57,549 nucleotides of DNA from positions 1 to 57,549 of the IMG/VR virus record IMGVR_UViG_3300028025_000648; one strand, written 5' to 3'. The notes under the pieces are model-generated. The model searched no databases, was not told the DNA's origin, and worked only from the letters and a program-made list of their open reading frames with translations. Positions 57,013 through 57,549 of the stretch are shown piece by piece (the first letter of the stretch is position 1; every line of letters begins with the position of its first letter). Origin of the DNA: a virus (taxonomy: Duplodnaviria > Caudoviricetes). Made by a program: the position numbers and the translations under genes.

Positions 57013-57549
57013 TTAGAATACTCCCATAATTGCTTTAATCTCAATTGAGGTTAGGTCTGGATCTGGCACTGATGCCCATTGCAGCCCCGTCGCTGTTGAT
57101 GAGTTTAACTTAAGATATAGACCATCTGTGTCTGCTGACAAAATTGCTGGGGTATTATCAGCACTTGCTGTAATAATATCACCCTTAGCATTAACAAAAC
57201 TATTATTGATTACTGTGGCTACGTTAACTGGTGGAATAAGGAGAACCTGAAGGGTATCTCCAACCTGAGCAGCAGATCCAAGAACAATGCTTGTGCCAGA
57301 TGCTGCGGTATAGTCAGAACCACGAACAAGCATTACACCATTGAGGTATACTTGCTCTGTTGAAGGTGAGTATGAGAGGGTTGTTGCTTCATCTCCCTCG
57401 CCAGTAAATGTAGTTCCTGCCTCTGTTACAGTCTTTGTCCAACGAGTAAGTTCTACGGCTGTTGGATTTGTGGTTCCATTTGTATCAAGCCAAATCTGTC
57501 CTTCAATTTCTGATGTAGGCATTGAGTCTTGTGCAACACCACCAGAGAT
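57013..57549 (-). CDS. Cassette 1 gene A: fibre protein C-terminal part (start outside the window)
   Basis: Frame open to the window end; VYLNGVMLVRGSDYTA domain, then VNAKGDIITA...YLKLNSSTATGLQW; ends AIMGVF. Confidence 0.7.
   Translation of the reverse strand: MSGGVAQDSMPTSEIEGQIWLDTNGTTNPTAVELTRWTKTVTEAGTTFTGEGDEATTLSYSPSTEQVYLNGVMLVRGSDYTAASGTSIVLGSAAQVGDTLQVLLIPPVNVATVINNSFVNAKGDIITASADNTPAILSADTDGLYLKLNSSTATGLQWASVPDPDLTSIEIKAIMGVF

Noticed and set aside
700-57048. Plus-strand and alternate-frame ORFs in the track (for example 1922..2452, 38992..39561, 31351..31836)
   Set aside because: They are shadows of long minus-strand genes with biased codon use; no recognisable motifs or RBS
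1-57549. Stop-codon reassignment, tRNA genes, integrase
   Set aside because: Genes tile densely under the standard code, intergenic gaps show no cloverleaf, and no recombinase motifs were seen

Overview
A 57.5-kb fragment of a large, long-tailed dsDNA phage (siphovirus-like). Essentially every real gene is on the minus strand. Gene content and promoter style suggest an Actinobacteria host (inference; the architecture resembles large Streptomyces phages and freshwater actinobacterial phages). In transcription order (right to left) it carries: three tandem, divergent copies of a four-gene glycine-rich fibre/adhesin cassette (48.2-57.5 kb); a class II ribonucleotide reductase; a LamG-like virion protein; portal, protease with nested scaffold, major capsid and neck genes; major tail protein; two paralogous tail chaperones; a 2791-aa tape measure protein with LysM; tail-tip genes; a replication/recombination module (DnaB, primase, SSB, DnaE, MazG, RecA, resolvases, Cas4-like nuclease); small and large terminase; and two secreted surface-type proteins. 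Highlights: (1) the repeated tag/adaptor/polyglycine-adhesin/chaperone cassette; (2) a tail chaperone G/GT pair apparently made by gene duplication rather than frameshift; (3) a secreted protein gene that seems to start at ATT; (4) about 17 TGnTAnnnT-type promoters, several leaderless; (5) paired palindromic sites around the RNR promoter. No tRNA, rRNA, CRISPR array, integrase or intron/intein was seen. All family assignments come from motif recognition by eye, not database searches.
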